A DNA stretch of 64,000 nt, taken from positions 478,027 to 542,026 of the forward strand of contig CAWDXW010000002.1 of assembly GCA_963806375.1 (NCBI GenBank). The letters run 5' to 3'. Origin of the DNA: an uncultured Pseudomonadota bacterium. GTDB lineage: Bacteria; Pseudomonadota; Gammaproteobacteria; Steroidobacterales; Steroidobacteraceae. Made by a program: the position numbers and the translations under genes. Each line of letters opens with the position of its first letter. Position 1 is the first letter of the stretch. The notes under the pieces were generated by a model that had not been told where the DNA came from, ran no database searches, and saw only the letters and a program-made list of their open reading frames with translations. Shown piece after piece: positions 8,429 to 18,221 of this stretch.

Positions 8429-11400
8429 GGATGCGCGCGCCACTGGGGTCATAAAACACACTCGCGGTGACTTCGACCGCCACCTCGCCGCGCTCGGTGA
8501 CCACGTAGAGCGTCTCGCCCATGCGGGCGCGTCCCCCGGCGAGGAGTCCCATGGCGATCGAGCGGCCGAGCGTGGCGCTCAGGTACGAGGAGGTGACGTG
8601 ACCAAGCGGGCGCGTCGGCACGCGCGCGCCGGGTTCGCTCATCAGCTGTGCGCCTTCCTCGAGCACCACCTGCGGGTCCTGGGTGAGCAGCCCCACCAGC
8701 TGACGGCGCTGCGGCGTGCTCATCGCGGGGCGCGCCAGCGAGCGCTTGCCGACGAAGTCCGGCTTGCTCTTGCCGATCGCCCAGCCAAGTCCCGCGTCCT
8801 CGGGCGTCACCGTGCCGTCGGTGTCCTGGCCGACGATGATGTAGCCCTTCTCGGCCCGCAGCACGTGCATGGTCTCCGTCCCGTAGGCGGTCATGCCGAG
8901 CGCGCGCCCCCTGTCCCACAGGGCGTCCCATACCGCTGCCCCGTAGTCGGCCGGCACGTTGACCTCAAAGCCGACCTCGCCGGTGAAGCTGACCCGGAAC
9001 AGCCGCATCGGCACCCCGCAGATGTGCCCCCGCGCGACGCTCATGTGCGGAAAGCTCGCGGCACGGATGTCGACGTCGATGAGGCCCTCGAGCACCGCGC
9101 GCGCCTGCGGTCCCTGCACGGCGATCACCGCCCACTGTTCGGTGGTGGAGGTGAGCCACACCCTGAGCTCGGTCCACTCCGTCTGCAGATAGTCTTCCAT
9201 CATGGCCAGCACGCGCGGCGCACCGCCGGTGGTGGTCGTGACGTGGAAGCACTCGTCGTCGATGCGCGCGACTACGCCGTCATCGAAGATGAAGCCATCC
9301 TCGCGCAGCAGCACCCCGTAGCGACAGCGGCCGACGGCCAGGCTGTTCCATGCGTTCACATACAGGCGGTTCATGAAGGTGACCGCATCCGGACCCACGA
9401 CCTCAATCTTGCCGAGCGTGGAGGCATCGAAGATGCCGCAGGCGCGGCGCGCGGCCCGGCACTCGCGTGCGACCGCCGCGTGCATGTCCTCGCCCGGCTG
9501 GGGAAAGAAGCGCGCGCGCTTCCACAGCCCCACGTCCTCGAACACCGCGCCCTGGGCGGCCGCCCAGTCGTACATTGGCGTGCGGCGTATCGGATCGAAT
9601 AGGTCCCCGCGCGCAAGCCCCGCGAAGCTGCCGAAGGTGACCGGTGTATAGGGCATGCGGAAGGTCGTGAGCCCGACCTGCGGTGGGGTCTTTCCCAGGG
9701 ACTGCGCGACGATGCCGAGCGCGTTCAGGTTGGAGGTCTTGCCCTGGTCGGTCGCCATGCCGGTCGTGGTGTAGCGCTTGACGTGCTCGATGGCGCGAAA
9801 ACCCTCGCGCAGCGCCAGCGCCAGGTCCTTGGCGGTGACGTCGTTCTGCCAGTCCACGAATGCACGGCCGCGCGTGTAGGCGGTGCGCGGCAGCGCCCCG
9901 ACGAAGCCGGACTCTGGCGCCGGCGGCGGCTGCGGTGCAACGCGGCCGGCGCCGCCGGCAGGGTCAACCCCCGTGCGGGCCGGGTCGAGCGCCTCGCGGG
10001 CGGCGGCCGCGCCCGCGGCGCAGCCGTCCTCCAGCACCTGCTGCAGCGCGAACACCCCACGGCAGGCCCCGGCGCTGCGCGCGCGCTCGGCCGCCGCTAC
10101 CGGAATGAAGGCCTGGAGCGCTGCGCTCCAGGTCAGGCGGCCGCGCGACTGGGAGTGCAGGTGCACGCTCGGGGTGAAGCCGCCGGACATGAGTACCAGA
10201 TCGCACGGCTGTGTCTGCTGCTGGCTCAGTTCCCCCTCGCCGAGGCGCGCCAGTTCGATGGCGCCGACGCGTCGGCGGCCGTGCGTGCCAAGCACGCAGG
10301 CCTCGGTGAGCACCGGGATGCCGGCGGCGCGTGCACGGGCACTCAGCACACTCTCGGTGCGCGTATCGGCGATGCAGGCGATGAACACCCCGGCACGCTG
10401 CAGGTCGAAAGCGGCCTCGTAGGCCTCATCGGCCGCGGTCACCACCACGGTGCGCGTTCCGGGCAGCACCCCGTAGCGATTGAGGTAGGTGCGCGCCGCG
10501 CCGGCGAGCATGACGCCGGGCCGGTCATTGCCGGCAAACACCAGCGGCCGCTCGATGCTGCCGGCGGCCAGCACCACCTCGCGCGCCCGCACCTGCCACT
10601 GGCGCTCGCGCGGCGCATCGGCCGTGGGGTGCGCGAGATGGTCCGTGAGGCGTTCGCTGAGTGCGACCATGTTGTGCGGGAAGTAGCCGAAGGCGGTCGT
10701 GCGGGTCAGGATCCGCACGCGCGGGTTGGCCCCAAGCGCGGCCAGTTGCGCGGCGAGCCACGCCGCAGGCGGGCGCCCCTCGATCGCGCCCGCAGCCGTG
10801 GCCGGTTCGCTCAGGAGTGAGCCACCGGCCTCGGCCTGCTCGTCGCACAGAATGACGCGGGCGCCGGCGCGGGCGGCGCTGGCTGCGGCCGCGAGTCCCG
10901 CCGGACCCGCACCGACCACCAGCACGTCGCAGTGGGCGAAGTGATTGGCGTAGGTGTCCGGATCTGCCGCCTTGGGGGCGTGCCCAAGACCGGCGGCGGC
11001 ACGGATGCGTGGCTCATACAGTGCATGCCACGCGCGGCGCGGCCACATGAAGGTCTTGTAGTAGAAGCCGGCGGGGATGAAGGGCGCGAAGAAGTCGTTG
11101 ATGGCGCCGGCATCGAAGGCAAGGCTCGGCCAGCGGTTCTGGCTGTAGGCGGTGAGCCCCTCGTAGAGCTCGACCTGCGTGGCGCGCAGGTTCGGGGTTT
11201 CACGGCCGGCGTCGCGGCGCACGGTGACCAGGGCGTTCGGCTCCTCGGCGCCCGCGGCGAGCACGCCCCGCGGGCGGTGGTACTTGAAGGAGCGGCCCAT
11301 CAGGTGCACGCCGTTGGCCAGCAGCGCAGCCGCCAGGGTGTCGCCGGCACAGCCGCGGTACTCACGGCCGTCGAAGCTGAAGTGCACCGCGCGCGCGCGC

Positions 11401-11441
11401 TCGATGCGACCGCCCGCTGCCGTGCGCAGCTCCTGGCTCAC
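8421..11441 (-). CDS. soxA: Sarcosine oxidase alpha subunit
   Basis: About 1006 aa from GTG 11441 (GTGA overlap with the soxD stop). VSQELRTAAGGRIERARAVHFSFDGREYRGCAGDTLAAALLANGVHLMGRSFKYHRPRG, NAD fold DVLVVGAGPAGLAAA, C-terminal GcvT-like domain. Confidence 0.9.
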   Translation of the reverse strand: MSQELRTAAGGRIERARAVHFSFDGREYRGCAGDTLAAALLANGVHLMGRSFKYHRPRGVLAAGAEEPNALVTVRRDAGRETPNLRATQVELYEGLTAYSQNRWPSLAFDAGAINDFFAPFIPAGFYYKTFMWPRRAWHALYEPRIRAAAGLGHAPKAADPDTYANHFAHCDVLVVGAGPAGLAAAASAARAGARVILCDEQAEAGGSLLSEPATAAGAIEGRPPAAWLAAQLAALGANPRVRILTRTTAFGYFPHNMVALSERLTDHLAHPTADAPRERQWQVRAREVVLAAGSIERPLVFAGNDRPGVMLAGAARTYLNRYGVLPGTRTVVVTAADEAYEAAFDLQRAGVFIACIADTRTESVLSARARAAGIPVLTEACVLGTHGRRRVGAIELARLGEGELSQQQTQPCDLVLMSGGFTPSVHLHSQSRGRLTWSAALQAFIPVAAAERARSAGACRGVFALQQVLEDGCAAGAAAAREALDPARTGVDPAGGAGRVAPQPPPAPESGFVGALPRTAYTRGRAFVDWQNDVTAKDLALALREGFRAIEHVKRYTTTGMATDQGKTSNLNALGIVAQSLGKTPPQVGLTTFRMPYTPVTFGSFAGLARGDLFDPIRRTPMYDWAAAQGAVFEDVGLWKRARFFPQPGEDMHAAVARECRAARRACGIFDASTLGKIEVVGPDAVTFMNRLYVNAWNSLAVGRCRYGVLLREDGFIFDDGVVARIDDECFHVTTTTGGAPRVLAMMEDYLQTEWTELRVWLTSTTEQWAVIAVQGPQARAVLEGLIDVDIRAASFPHMSVARGHICGVPMRLFRVSFTGEVGFEVNVPADYGAAVWDALWDRGRALGMTAYGTETMHVLRAEKGYIIVGQDTDGTVTPEDAGLGWAIGKSKPDFVGKRSLARPAMSTPQRRQLVGLLTQDPQVVLEEGAQLMSEPGARVPTRPLGHVTSSYLSATLGRSIAMGLLAGGRARMGETLYVVTERGEVAVEVTASVFYDPSGARIHG

Positions 11442-11728
11442 GGCGACCTCGCGGCCACGGCGGGACGCGCCTCGCCCACCTTGTAGGTGGCCAGGAAATG
11501 ATCGCTGGTGGTGTCGCGCAGCGCGTTGAAGAAGCGTCCGCAGCCGCGCGTGTGGCGCCAACGCTCGGCATGCACGCCACGGGTGTTGTCGCGGACGTAG
11601 AGGTAATCGGCCCAGTTCTGCGTGTCGACCTCGCTCGGCCTGGCGGGGCGGGCGATGTGGGCCTGGCCGCCGTAGACGAATTCAGGCTCCGGGCGCTCGC
11701 CGCAGTAAGGACAGCGGATCAGGAGCAT
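11438..11728 (-). CDS. soxD: Sarcosine oxidase delta subunit
   Basis: 96 aa. MLLIRCPYCGERPEPEFVYGGQAHIARP...RWRHTRGCGRFFNALRDT carries the zinc-ribbon Cys pattern typical of SoxD. Confidence 0.9.
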   Translation of the reverse strand: MLLIRCPYCGERPEPEFVYGGQAHIARPARPSEVDTQNWADYLYVRDNTRGVHAERWRHTRGCGRFFNALRDTTSDHFLATYKVGEARPAVAARSP

Positions 11729-11742
11729 GGCGCGCGTCGCCT

Positions 11743-12993
11743 CTAGTGCGCGACCGCGGCGGCCGCGGCCTCATCGATCAGGTCGCCGTCGCGGAAGCGC
11801 TCGAGCGTGAAGGCGGCGTTGATCGGATGGGGCTCGTCCCTGGCGATCGTCCAGGCGAACACGTGCGCCGAACCGGGTGTGGCCTTGAAACCGCCGGTGC
11901 CCCAGCCACAGTTGACGTACAAGCCCGGCACGGGGGTCTTGCCGATGATGGGCGAGCGGTCGGGCGTAACGTCCACGATGCCGCCCCAGGAGCGCAGCAT
12001 CTTCAGGCGCCGGAACATCGGGAACAGCTCGCAGATCGCCTCGAGGGCGTGACTGGTGATGTGCAGCCCGCCGCGCTGCGTGTAGGAGGTGTAAGCGTCG
12101 GTGCCCGCGCCGATGACCAGTTCGCCCTTGTCCGACTGGCTGATGTAGGCGTGGATGGTGTTGGACATGACCACGCACGGGAACACCGGCTTGATCGGCT
12201 CCGAGACGAGGGCCTGCAGCGGATAGCTCTCGAGCGGCAGCTGCACGCCCGCGAGCCTGAGCACGACGCTGGTGTTGCCCGCGGCGGCCACGCCCACGCG
12301 CGGGGCGCGGATAGTGCCGCGCGAGGTCTCGACCCCGGCGATGCGGCCGTCGTCGTCCTTCAGAAAACCCGTGACCTCGCAGTTCTCGATGATGTCGACC
12401 CCGAGTGCATCGGCGGCGCGCGCGTAACCCCACGCGACCGCATCGTGGCGCGCGGTGCCGCCGCGGCGCTGCAGCGCCGCCCCCAGGACCGGGTAACGGA
12501 TGTCGCCAATGTTCAGCGGCGGGCAGAAAGCCTTGGCCTCCTGCGGCGTCAGCCACTCGTTGTCGACACCGGCGGCACGGTTGGCGTAGACATGGCGCCT
12601 GAACACCTGCGCATCGTGCACCGTGTGCGCGAGCATCATGACCCCGCGCGGTGAGAACATGACGTTGTAGTTGAGTGCTTGGGCGAGGCCCTCCCACAGC
12701 TTCACCGCGTGGTCGTAGAGCGCCGCGCTTTCGTCGAACAGGTAGTTCGAGCGGATGATGGTGGTGTTGCGGCCGGTGTTGCCGCCGCCGATCCAGCCCT
12801 TTTCGAGCACTGCGATGTTGGTGAAACCGTGCTCGCTCGCCAGGTAATACGCCGTCCCCAGGCCGTGGCCGCCGCCGCCGACGATGACGGCGTCGTAACT
12901 GTTCTTGGGTTCGGGACTGCGCCACTGTGGCTGCCAGCCGCGCTGGCCGGTGAGGCCCCGCAGGAGAAGTGACAGACCGGAAAAGGGTTGCAT
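11743..12993 (-). CDS. soxB: Sarcosine oxidase beta subunit
   Basis: 416 aa. [61 protein letters not shown]. Confidence 0.92.
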   Translation of the reverse strand: MQPFSGLSLLLRGLTGQRGWQPQWRSPEPKNSYDAVIVGGGGHGLGTAYYLASEHGFTNIAVLEKGWIGGGNTGRNTTIIRSNYLFDESAALYDHAVKLWEGLAQALNYNVMFSPRGVMMLAHTVHDAQVFRRHVYANRAAGVDNEWLTPQEAKAFCPPLNIGDIRYPVLGAALQRRGGTARHDAVAWGYARAADALGVDIIENCEVTGFLKDDDGRIAGVETSRGTIRAPRVGVAAAGNTSVVLRLAGVQLPLESYPLQALVSEPIKPVFPCVVMSNTIHAYISQSDKGELVIGAGTDAYTSYTQRGGLHITSHALEAICELFPMFRRLKMLRSWGGIVDVTPDRSPIIGKTPVPGLYVNCGWGTGGFKATPGSAHVFAWTIARDEPHPINAAFTLERFRDGDLIDEAAAAAVAH

Positions 12994-13141
12994 CCGGAAA
13001 ACCCTGCAGGTGTGCCCGAGTGGGCGCGCATCATGCTCCCGCGAGGCAGCCCGCAGTTAGGCCCCACGCGGCGCAGGGCTTGAACGAACGCGACATTTGC
13101 GACACCGGGGACGCTCCGCTGTGCGAGCGCGCAGGCCTCGT

Positions 13142-14035
13142 CTAGGAGCCCCGGATGGTCGCTGCGCCCTTAATCGCGGTGCGCGGGTTCACGTGCAGGA
13201 CAAACTCGGCGACGTAGTCATCGGCGGGCCGCTCCACGATGTCGTGCCCCGTGCCGCTTTGCACGATGCGGCCACCCTCCATGATGGTGACCGTGTCGCC
13301 GAGCTTTAGGGCCTCGTCGAGATCGTGGCTGACGAACAGAATCGTCTTGCGCACGCGCTCCTGCAGCGCCAGCAGCTCATCCTGCAACTTGCGCCGGATG
13401 AGCGGATCGAGCGCCGAGAACGGCTCGTCCATCAATAGAATGTCGGCATCGGTGGCGAAGGCGCGCGCCAGTCCCACGCGCTGCTGCATGCCCCCGGAGA
13501 GCTCACTCGTATAGCGCTCGGCCCACTGCGACAGACCCACAAGTTCGAGCTGGCGGTCGACGATCTCGCGGCGCTTCTCGGGCGGATCGCCGCGCAGCTC
13601 GAGCCCAAATCCCACGTTCTGGCGTACCGTGCGCCAGGGCAGCAGCCCGAACTGCTGGAACACCATGGCGACGCGCTGGCGGCGGATGCGCCGCAGCGTG
13701 GCCGGATCGCAGGTGGCGCCGATATCGACCGTGGCGTCGGCATCGGCGACCAGGACGTTGCCGCGCGTGACCAGGTTCAGCCCGTTGGCGGCCCGCAGGA
13801 GCGTCGACTTCCCGGATCCCGACAGGCCCATGAGCACGGAGATCTCGCCCCGGGCAACCCGGAGCGAGGCGCCGGCGACCCCGACCACGACGCCGGTCTT
13901 CTCGGCAATCTCGCTGCGCGTGCCGCCGGCATCGAGCAGCCCGAGCGCCTGCTGGATCGCCGCCGCGTGGGCGCGACGGCCGCTCTTGGCGCAGAAGAGG
14001 ATGTCGACGGCGCGAAACTCCAGCGCGCTGCTCAT
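13142..14035 (-). CDS. Glycine betaine/choline ABC transporter ATP-binding protein (ProV/OpuAA type, no CBS tail)
   Basis: Start ATG 14035 (ATGA overlap with the upstream gene stop). Walker A GLSGSGKST, signature LSGGMQQRVGLARA, Walker B ILLMDEPFSALD. Confidence 0.9.
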   Translation of the reverse strand: MSSALEFRAVDILFCAKSGRRAHAAAIQQALGLLDAGGTRSEIAEKTGVVVGVAGASLRVARGEISVLMGLSGSGKSTLLRAANGLNLVTRGNVLVADADATVDIGATCDPATLRRIRRQRVAMVFQQFGLLPWRTVRQNVGFGLELRGDPPEKRREIVDRQLELVGLSQWAERYTSELSGGMQQRVGLARAFATDADILLMDEPFSALDPLIRRKLQDELLALQERVRKTILFVSHDLDEALKLGDTVTIMEGGRIVQSGTGHDIVERPADDYVAEFVLHVNPRTAIKGAATIRGS

Positions 14036-15900
14036 GGTGAACCGGGCTTTTCCGCCGGGCGGGTGATCCGATCGAGCACGATGGCGAGCAGTACGATGAC
14101 GAAGCCAGCCTCGAACCCCATGCCCACCTGCACCGAGTTGAGCGCGCGCACCACCGGCACCCCGAGTCCGCCGGCGCCCACCAGGGCGGCGATCACGACC
14201 ATCGAGAGGCTGAGCATGATGCACTGGGTGACGCCGGCGAGGATCGTGGGTGCGGCGCTCGGCAGCTCGACCTTCCACAGCATCTGCATCGGCGTCGCTC
14301 CGAAGGCCTGGCCCGCCTCGACCAAAGACTTCGGCACCGAACTGACGCCGAGTTGCGTCAGGCGGATCGGCGCCGGCAACGCGAAGATGACCGTGGAGAT
14401 CAGGCCGGGCACGACGCCCAGTCCAAAGAGGACCAGCGTCGGGATGAGGTAGACGAAGGTCGGGAGCGTCTGCATGAGGTCAAGGACCGGACGCAGGATC
14501 GCGTACAGCCGCGGCCGGTGGGCCGCGGCGATCCCGAGGGGCACACCGATGAGGGTCGACACGACCGCCGCCACGATGACGAGCGAGAGCGTCTCCAGCG
14601 TGGGCTCCCAGTAGCCCTGGTTCATGATGAAGAGGAGCGCCGCCACCACAAACGCCACGAGCGGCCACGAGCGGCGCAGCACCCAGCTTAAGGCCGCAGC
14701 GCCCAGCACCAGGAGCGGGGAGGGGATTGCGCGCAGCAGGGCGGTGAGCCCATTGACGCTGCCGCGGATGACGGTCGAGATGCCGTCAAAGAGTACCCGG
14801 AAGTGAGTCTTTACGTACTCGATGAGCACCGCCACCGTGTCCCCGACCGGGATCTTGTGATCGGCGAGCCAGCGCTCGAGGCTGAAGGCGGCGATCAGCT
14901 GGTTGCTGCCGAGCAGCGCCGCCAGCGCCGGCTGGCCGTCGAAGGTGGTGACTCCCTGCAGCCACGCGGCCACCGTGTCCGGGTTCGCCTTGAGGAAACT
15001 GGCGGCGGCGACCTCGGCGGGCTGGTGCCGATTGAGCATGTCGTCCATCACGCGACTCTCCTGCCGCGTGGTGAACACCAGGTTCTTTAGCAGGCGACCC
15101 ATGTTGGGGCATTCCCGGGTGTACCCCGCGCGCGTGTTGGTGTAGATGGTGGCCTCACCGTAGTTGGGGCCGAATACCGTATCGCCGCCGGAGAGGTAGG
15201 TCATGTCGAAGCGCATGTTCATCGGGTGCGGATCCCAGCCCAGGAACACGATCGGCTGGTGCGCCCGTACCGCGCGCTCGACCTCCGCCAGCATGCCCTG
15301 TTCACTGGACTCGATCAGCCGGAAGGTGCCAAGGCCGAACAGGTTCTGCTTGATCATCGACAGCACCAGGCGGTTGCCGTCGTTGCCGGGCTCGATCCCA
15401 TAGATCGCCGCATGCAGCTGCGGCGCAAAGCGCTCGATGTCGGCGAAGCTCTTCAGTCCCGCCTGATAGGTGTAGGTCGGCACCGCGAGGGTGTACTTGG
15501 CGCCGGTCAGGTTGGCGCGGCCGACTTCCACCGAGCCGTCCTTGATGTACGGCCTGCGATCCGCGTCCTGCGCCGGCATCCAGTTGCCGAGAAACACGTC
15601 GAGGTCTTTGTTCTTCAGGGATGCATAGGCCACCGGCACCGACAGCACCGTGATGGTCGGCTTGTAGCCGATGCGCTTCAGCAAGGCGCTGAACACCGCG
15701 GTCGTCGCGGTGACGTCCGTCCAGCCGATGTCCGGCATGCGCACCGTCTGGCACTGCGGCGGATCGGTTGCCTCGGCGGCGCGGGCGCCGGTGACGCCCG
15801 CGATGAGCGTAAGGCTCAGCAGTACAACGGCCCGGGCGCGGCCCAGCAACGCGGCCCCCGGCGCCATTGCCCCTAAGGGTTCGGACTCAACTGAAGCCAT
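14032..15900 (-). CDS. Fused substrate-binding protein + permease of the betaine/choline ABC transporter (ProX-ProW fusion)
   Basis: N-terminal signal/anchor AVVLLSLTLIAGVTGARAAEA. OpuAC/ProX-type domain DIGWTDVTATTAVFSALLKRIGYKPTITVLSVPVAYASLKNKDLDVFLGNWMP. Then a ProW-type permease (LMQTLPTFVYLIPTLVLFGLGVVPGLISTVIFALPAPIRLT). Start ATG 15900 (alternative 15867); the first 106 aa of the ORF-track call look non-coding. Confidence 0.85.
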   Translation of the reverse strand: MASVESEPLGAMAPGAALLGRARAVVLLSLTLIAGVTGARAAEATDPPQCQTVRMPDIGWTDVTATTAVFSALLKRIGYKPTITVLSVPVAYASLKNKDLDVFLGNWMPAQDADRRPYIKDGSVEVGRANLTGAKYTLAVPTYTYQAGLKSFADIERFAPQLHAAIYGIEPGNDGNRLVLSMIKQNLFGLGTFRLIESSEQGMLAEVERAVRAHQPIVFLGWDPHPMNMRFDMTYLSGGDTVFGPNYGEATIYTNTRAGYTRECPNMGRLLKNLVFTTRQESRVMDDMLNRHQPAEVAAASFLKANPDTVAAWLQGVTTFDGQPALAALLGSNQLIAAFSLERWLADHKIPVGDTVAVLIEYVKTHFRVLFDGISTVIRGSVNGLTALLRAIPSPLLVLGAAALSWVLRRSWPLVAFVVAALLFIMNQGYWEPTLETLSLVIVAAVVSTLIGVPLGIAAAHRPRLYAILRPVLDLMQTLPTFVYLIPTLVLFGLGVVPGLISTVIFALPAPIRLTQLGVSSVPKSLVEAGQAFGATPMQMLWKVELPSAAPTILAGVTQCIMLSLSMVVIAALVGAGGLGVPVVRALNSVQVGMGFEAGFVIVLLAIVLDRITRPAEKPGSP

Positions 15901-16045
15901 GCCCGCTCCGTGCAGGGTTTGCCCGCAGACTTGACCCGCAGGGCCCCCGATATCATCATTCTCGCCGTGATTTGAATAGCCGTTTAACCGAGATGCTGTC
16001 AAGTCCGCGAAACTCCGGCAACTCCCTGAGAAATAAATAACTATA

Positions 16046-16065
16046 GGTTCGAAGACTTTAGAACC
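16046..16065. promoter_or_regulatory. Candidate operator (imperfect palindrome GGTTC-N10-GAACC) in the divergent transporter / betI-betB promoter region
   Basis: GGTTCGAAGACTTTAGAACC lies in the relatively AT-rich 15901-16111 intergenic region between divergent genes, one of which carries a TetR/BetI domain. The assignment to BetI is a guess. Confidence 0.2.
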
Positions 16066-16111
16066 TTGAGGCCTTGGAAGCCGCGCCCGGGAGAATGATC
16101 GGAGCGATGCA

Positions 16112-18196
16112 TTGAACAGGCAATCAACTAGTTCCCGCGACCCGCGCCGTCGGCCTGCCTCGGGGGTTCCGCGCGATGAAGGCGAAGAAGTCCGGCGTAG
16201 CCAGCTGGTCGACGTCACGATCGATAGTCTGGCTGAAGTCGGCTACGTCGGCACGACTCTTGCGGAAATCGCGCGCCGCGCCGGAGTTTCCCCGGGGCTC
16301 GTGGCCCATTACTTTGGCGACAAGGACGGGTTGCTGGAGGCGGCCTTTCGCACGCTGGCCCGCCCTCTGGCGGCACGGGTGCGCGCGCGGCTGGCGCTCG
16401 CGCACACCCCGCGCGGGCGCGTGCAGGCGGTGATCGACACCAACCTCGCGCCCGAGGAGTTCGATAAGCGCTCGGGCACTGCGTGGTTGGCGTTCTGGGG
16501 GCAGGTGCTGCACGTGCCGGGCCTCAAGCGCGTGCAGACCGCGTACCAGAAGCGCATGTTGTCGAATCTGCGCAGCGACCTGCGCCAGGTGATCCCGGGC
16601 GCCGAGGCGCGCACGCTCGCTGCGATGATCGCCGCCATGATCGACGGTGTGTGGTTGCGCGCGGCGCTCTCGGAGTGGCAGGAGGCCGACAGCGAGAGCG
16701 CCCGGGCGCTGCTCACGGCGTTCGTCGACGCGCGACTGAAGGATCTGACCGTCGGCGCCGTGAGCGCGCCGAGCGCGCGCCCCGCGGCCGTCAACAGCTT
16801 TCGCGTCATCAACCCGGCTACGGGGGCGACGCTGGCGCAGATTGCGGTCGACGGGGCGGCGCAGGTCGAGGCAGCCGTGGCGCGCGCCCAGGCCGCGCAG
16901 CGCAAATGGGGCGCGCTCACCGGCGCGGAGCGCGGCCGCATCCTGCAGCAGGCCGCGCGGTTGCTGCGCGAGCGCAATGATGAGCTGGCGCACCTCGAGA
17001 CGCTCAACACCGGCAAGCCGATCCAGGAGACGCGCGCCGTGGACGTGCTCTCCGGCGCGGAATGCCTGGAGTATTACGCCGGGATCGCCGCGGGTATCGC
17101 CGGCGAGCACCTGGACCTCGGCCCCAAGGCGTTCGGGTACACGCGCCGCGAGCCTCTGGGGATCGTCGCCGGCATCGGTGCCTGGAACTATCCGCTGCAG
17201 ATCGCCTGCTGGAAATCGGCGCCGGCGCTGGCCTGCGGCAACGCCATGATCTTCAAGCCCGCGGAGCTCACGCCGCTGACGGCCGTAAAGCTCGAGGAGA
17301 TCTACCTCGCGGCCGGCGTGCCGCCCGGGATCTTCCAGGTGGTGCAGGGACTGGCGGATACCGGTCGCCTGCTCACGCGCCATCCGCTCATCCGCAAGGT
17401 CTCCCTCACGGGTGAAGTCGGCACGGGCAAGGCGGTGATGGCGGATGCAGCAAGCTCGCTCAAGCAGGTGACGCTTGAGCTCGGCGGCAAATCCCCGCTG
17501 ATCGTCTTCGAGGACGCCAAACTCGATAACGCCGTCGCCGGAGCGCTGCTCGGCAACTTCTACTCCGCTGGTGAGGTGTGCTCCAACGGGACGCGCGTCT
17601 TCGTCCACAAGAGCCTGCGGGGTGCCTTCATCGAGCGCCTGCGCGAGCGCACGGCGGCCATGCGCATCGGGGACCCGCTGGATCCTGCAACCCAAGTCGG
17701 CGCACTCATCTCCCAGGAGCACATGGAGAAGGTGCTCGGCTTCATTGCCCGCGGCCGCGCCCAGGGGGCGCGCCTGGTGATCGGGGGCGCGCGGATCACG
17801 AGCGGAGCACTCGGCCGCGGCTACTTTGTGGCACCCACGATATTTGACGGCTGTCGCGACGACATGGACATCGTGCGCCAGGAGATCTTCGGGCCGGTAA
17901 TGTCGTTGCTCGAGTTTGAAACTGAAGAAGAGGTCGTGGCGCGCGCCAATGCTACCGAGTTCGGGCTCTCGGCTGCCGTGTTCACCAGTGACCTCACGCG
18001 TGCGCACCGGGTGATTGCACAGCTGCAGGCCGGTACCTGCTGGATCAATCACTACAACATCACGCCCATCGAGCTGCCGTTCGGCGGGGTGAAGATGTCC
18101 GGCCTCGGTCGCGAGAATGGTCGCGCGGCCATCGAGCACTACACGCAGCTGAAGAGCGTGTACGTGGCACTCGCTGACGTTGAAGCGCCGTACTGA
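16112..18196 (+). CDS. betB: In-frame fusion of BetI-like TetR repressor (N-terminal ~210 aa) and betaine aldehyde dehydrogenase BetB (C-terminal ~485 aa)
   Basis: Single 694-aa ORF (TTG start at 16112).
BetI part: [54 protein letters not shown]...AWLAFWGQV...[11 protein letters not shown].
BetB part: FRVINPATG...[33 protein letters not shown]...[11 protein letters not shown]...[11 protein letters not shown]...EIFGPVMS.
No stop codon between them. Confidence 0.85.
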   Translation: MNRQSTSSRDPRRRPASGVPRDEGEEVRRSQLVDVTIDSLAEVGYVGTTLAEIARRAGVSPGLVAHYFGDKDGLLEAAFRTLARPLAARVRARLALAHTPRGRVQAVIDTNLAPEEFDKRSGTAWLAFWGQVLHVPGLKRVQTAYQKRMLSNLRSDLRQVIPGAEARTLAAMIAAMIDGVWLRAALSEWQEADSESARALLTAFVDARLKDLTVGAVSAPSARPAAVNSFRVINPATGATLAQIAVDGAAQVEAAVARAQAAQRKWGALTGAERGRILQQAARLLRERNDELAHLETLNTGKPIQETRAVDVLSGAECLEYYAGIAAGIAGEHLDLGPKAFGYTRREPLGIVAGIGAWNYPLQIACWKSAPALACGNAMIFKPAELTPLTAVKLEEIYLAAGVPPGIFQVVQGLADTGRLLTRHPLIRKVSLTGEVGTGKAVMADAASSLKQVTLELGGKSPLIVFEDAKLDNAVAGALLGNFYSAGEVCSNGTRVFVHKSLRGAFIERLRERTAAMRIGDPLDPATQVGALISQEHMEKVLGFIARGRAQGARLVIGGARITSGALGRGYFVAPTIFDGCRDDMDIVRQEIFGPVMSLLEFETEEEVVARANATEFGLSAAVFTSDLTRAHRVIAQLQAGTCWINHYNITPIELPFGGVKMSGLGRENGRAAIEHYTQLKSVYVALADVEAPY

Positions 18197-18221
18197 GCGC
18201 GCCCGTGCCCGAAAGCGTGCC

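Noticed and set aside
16124-18139. 671-aa minus-strand ORF
   Set aside because: Antisense to the betI-betB ORF, which has unambiguous aldehyde dehydrogenase motifs. The translation is an R/A/G-rich shadow.
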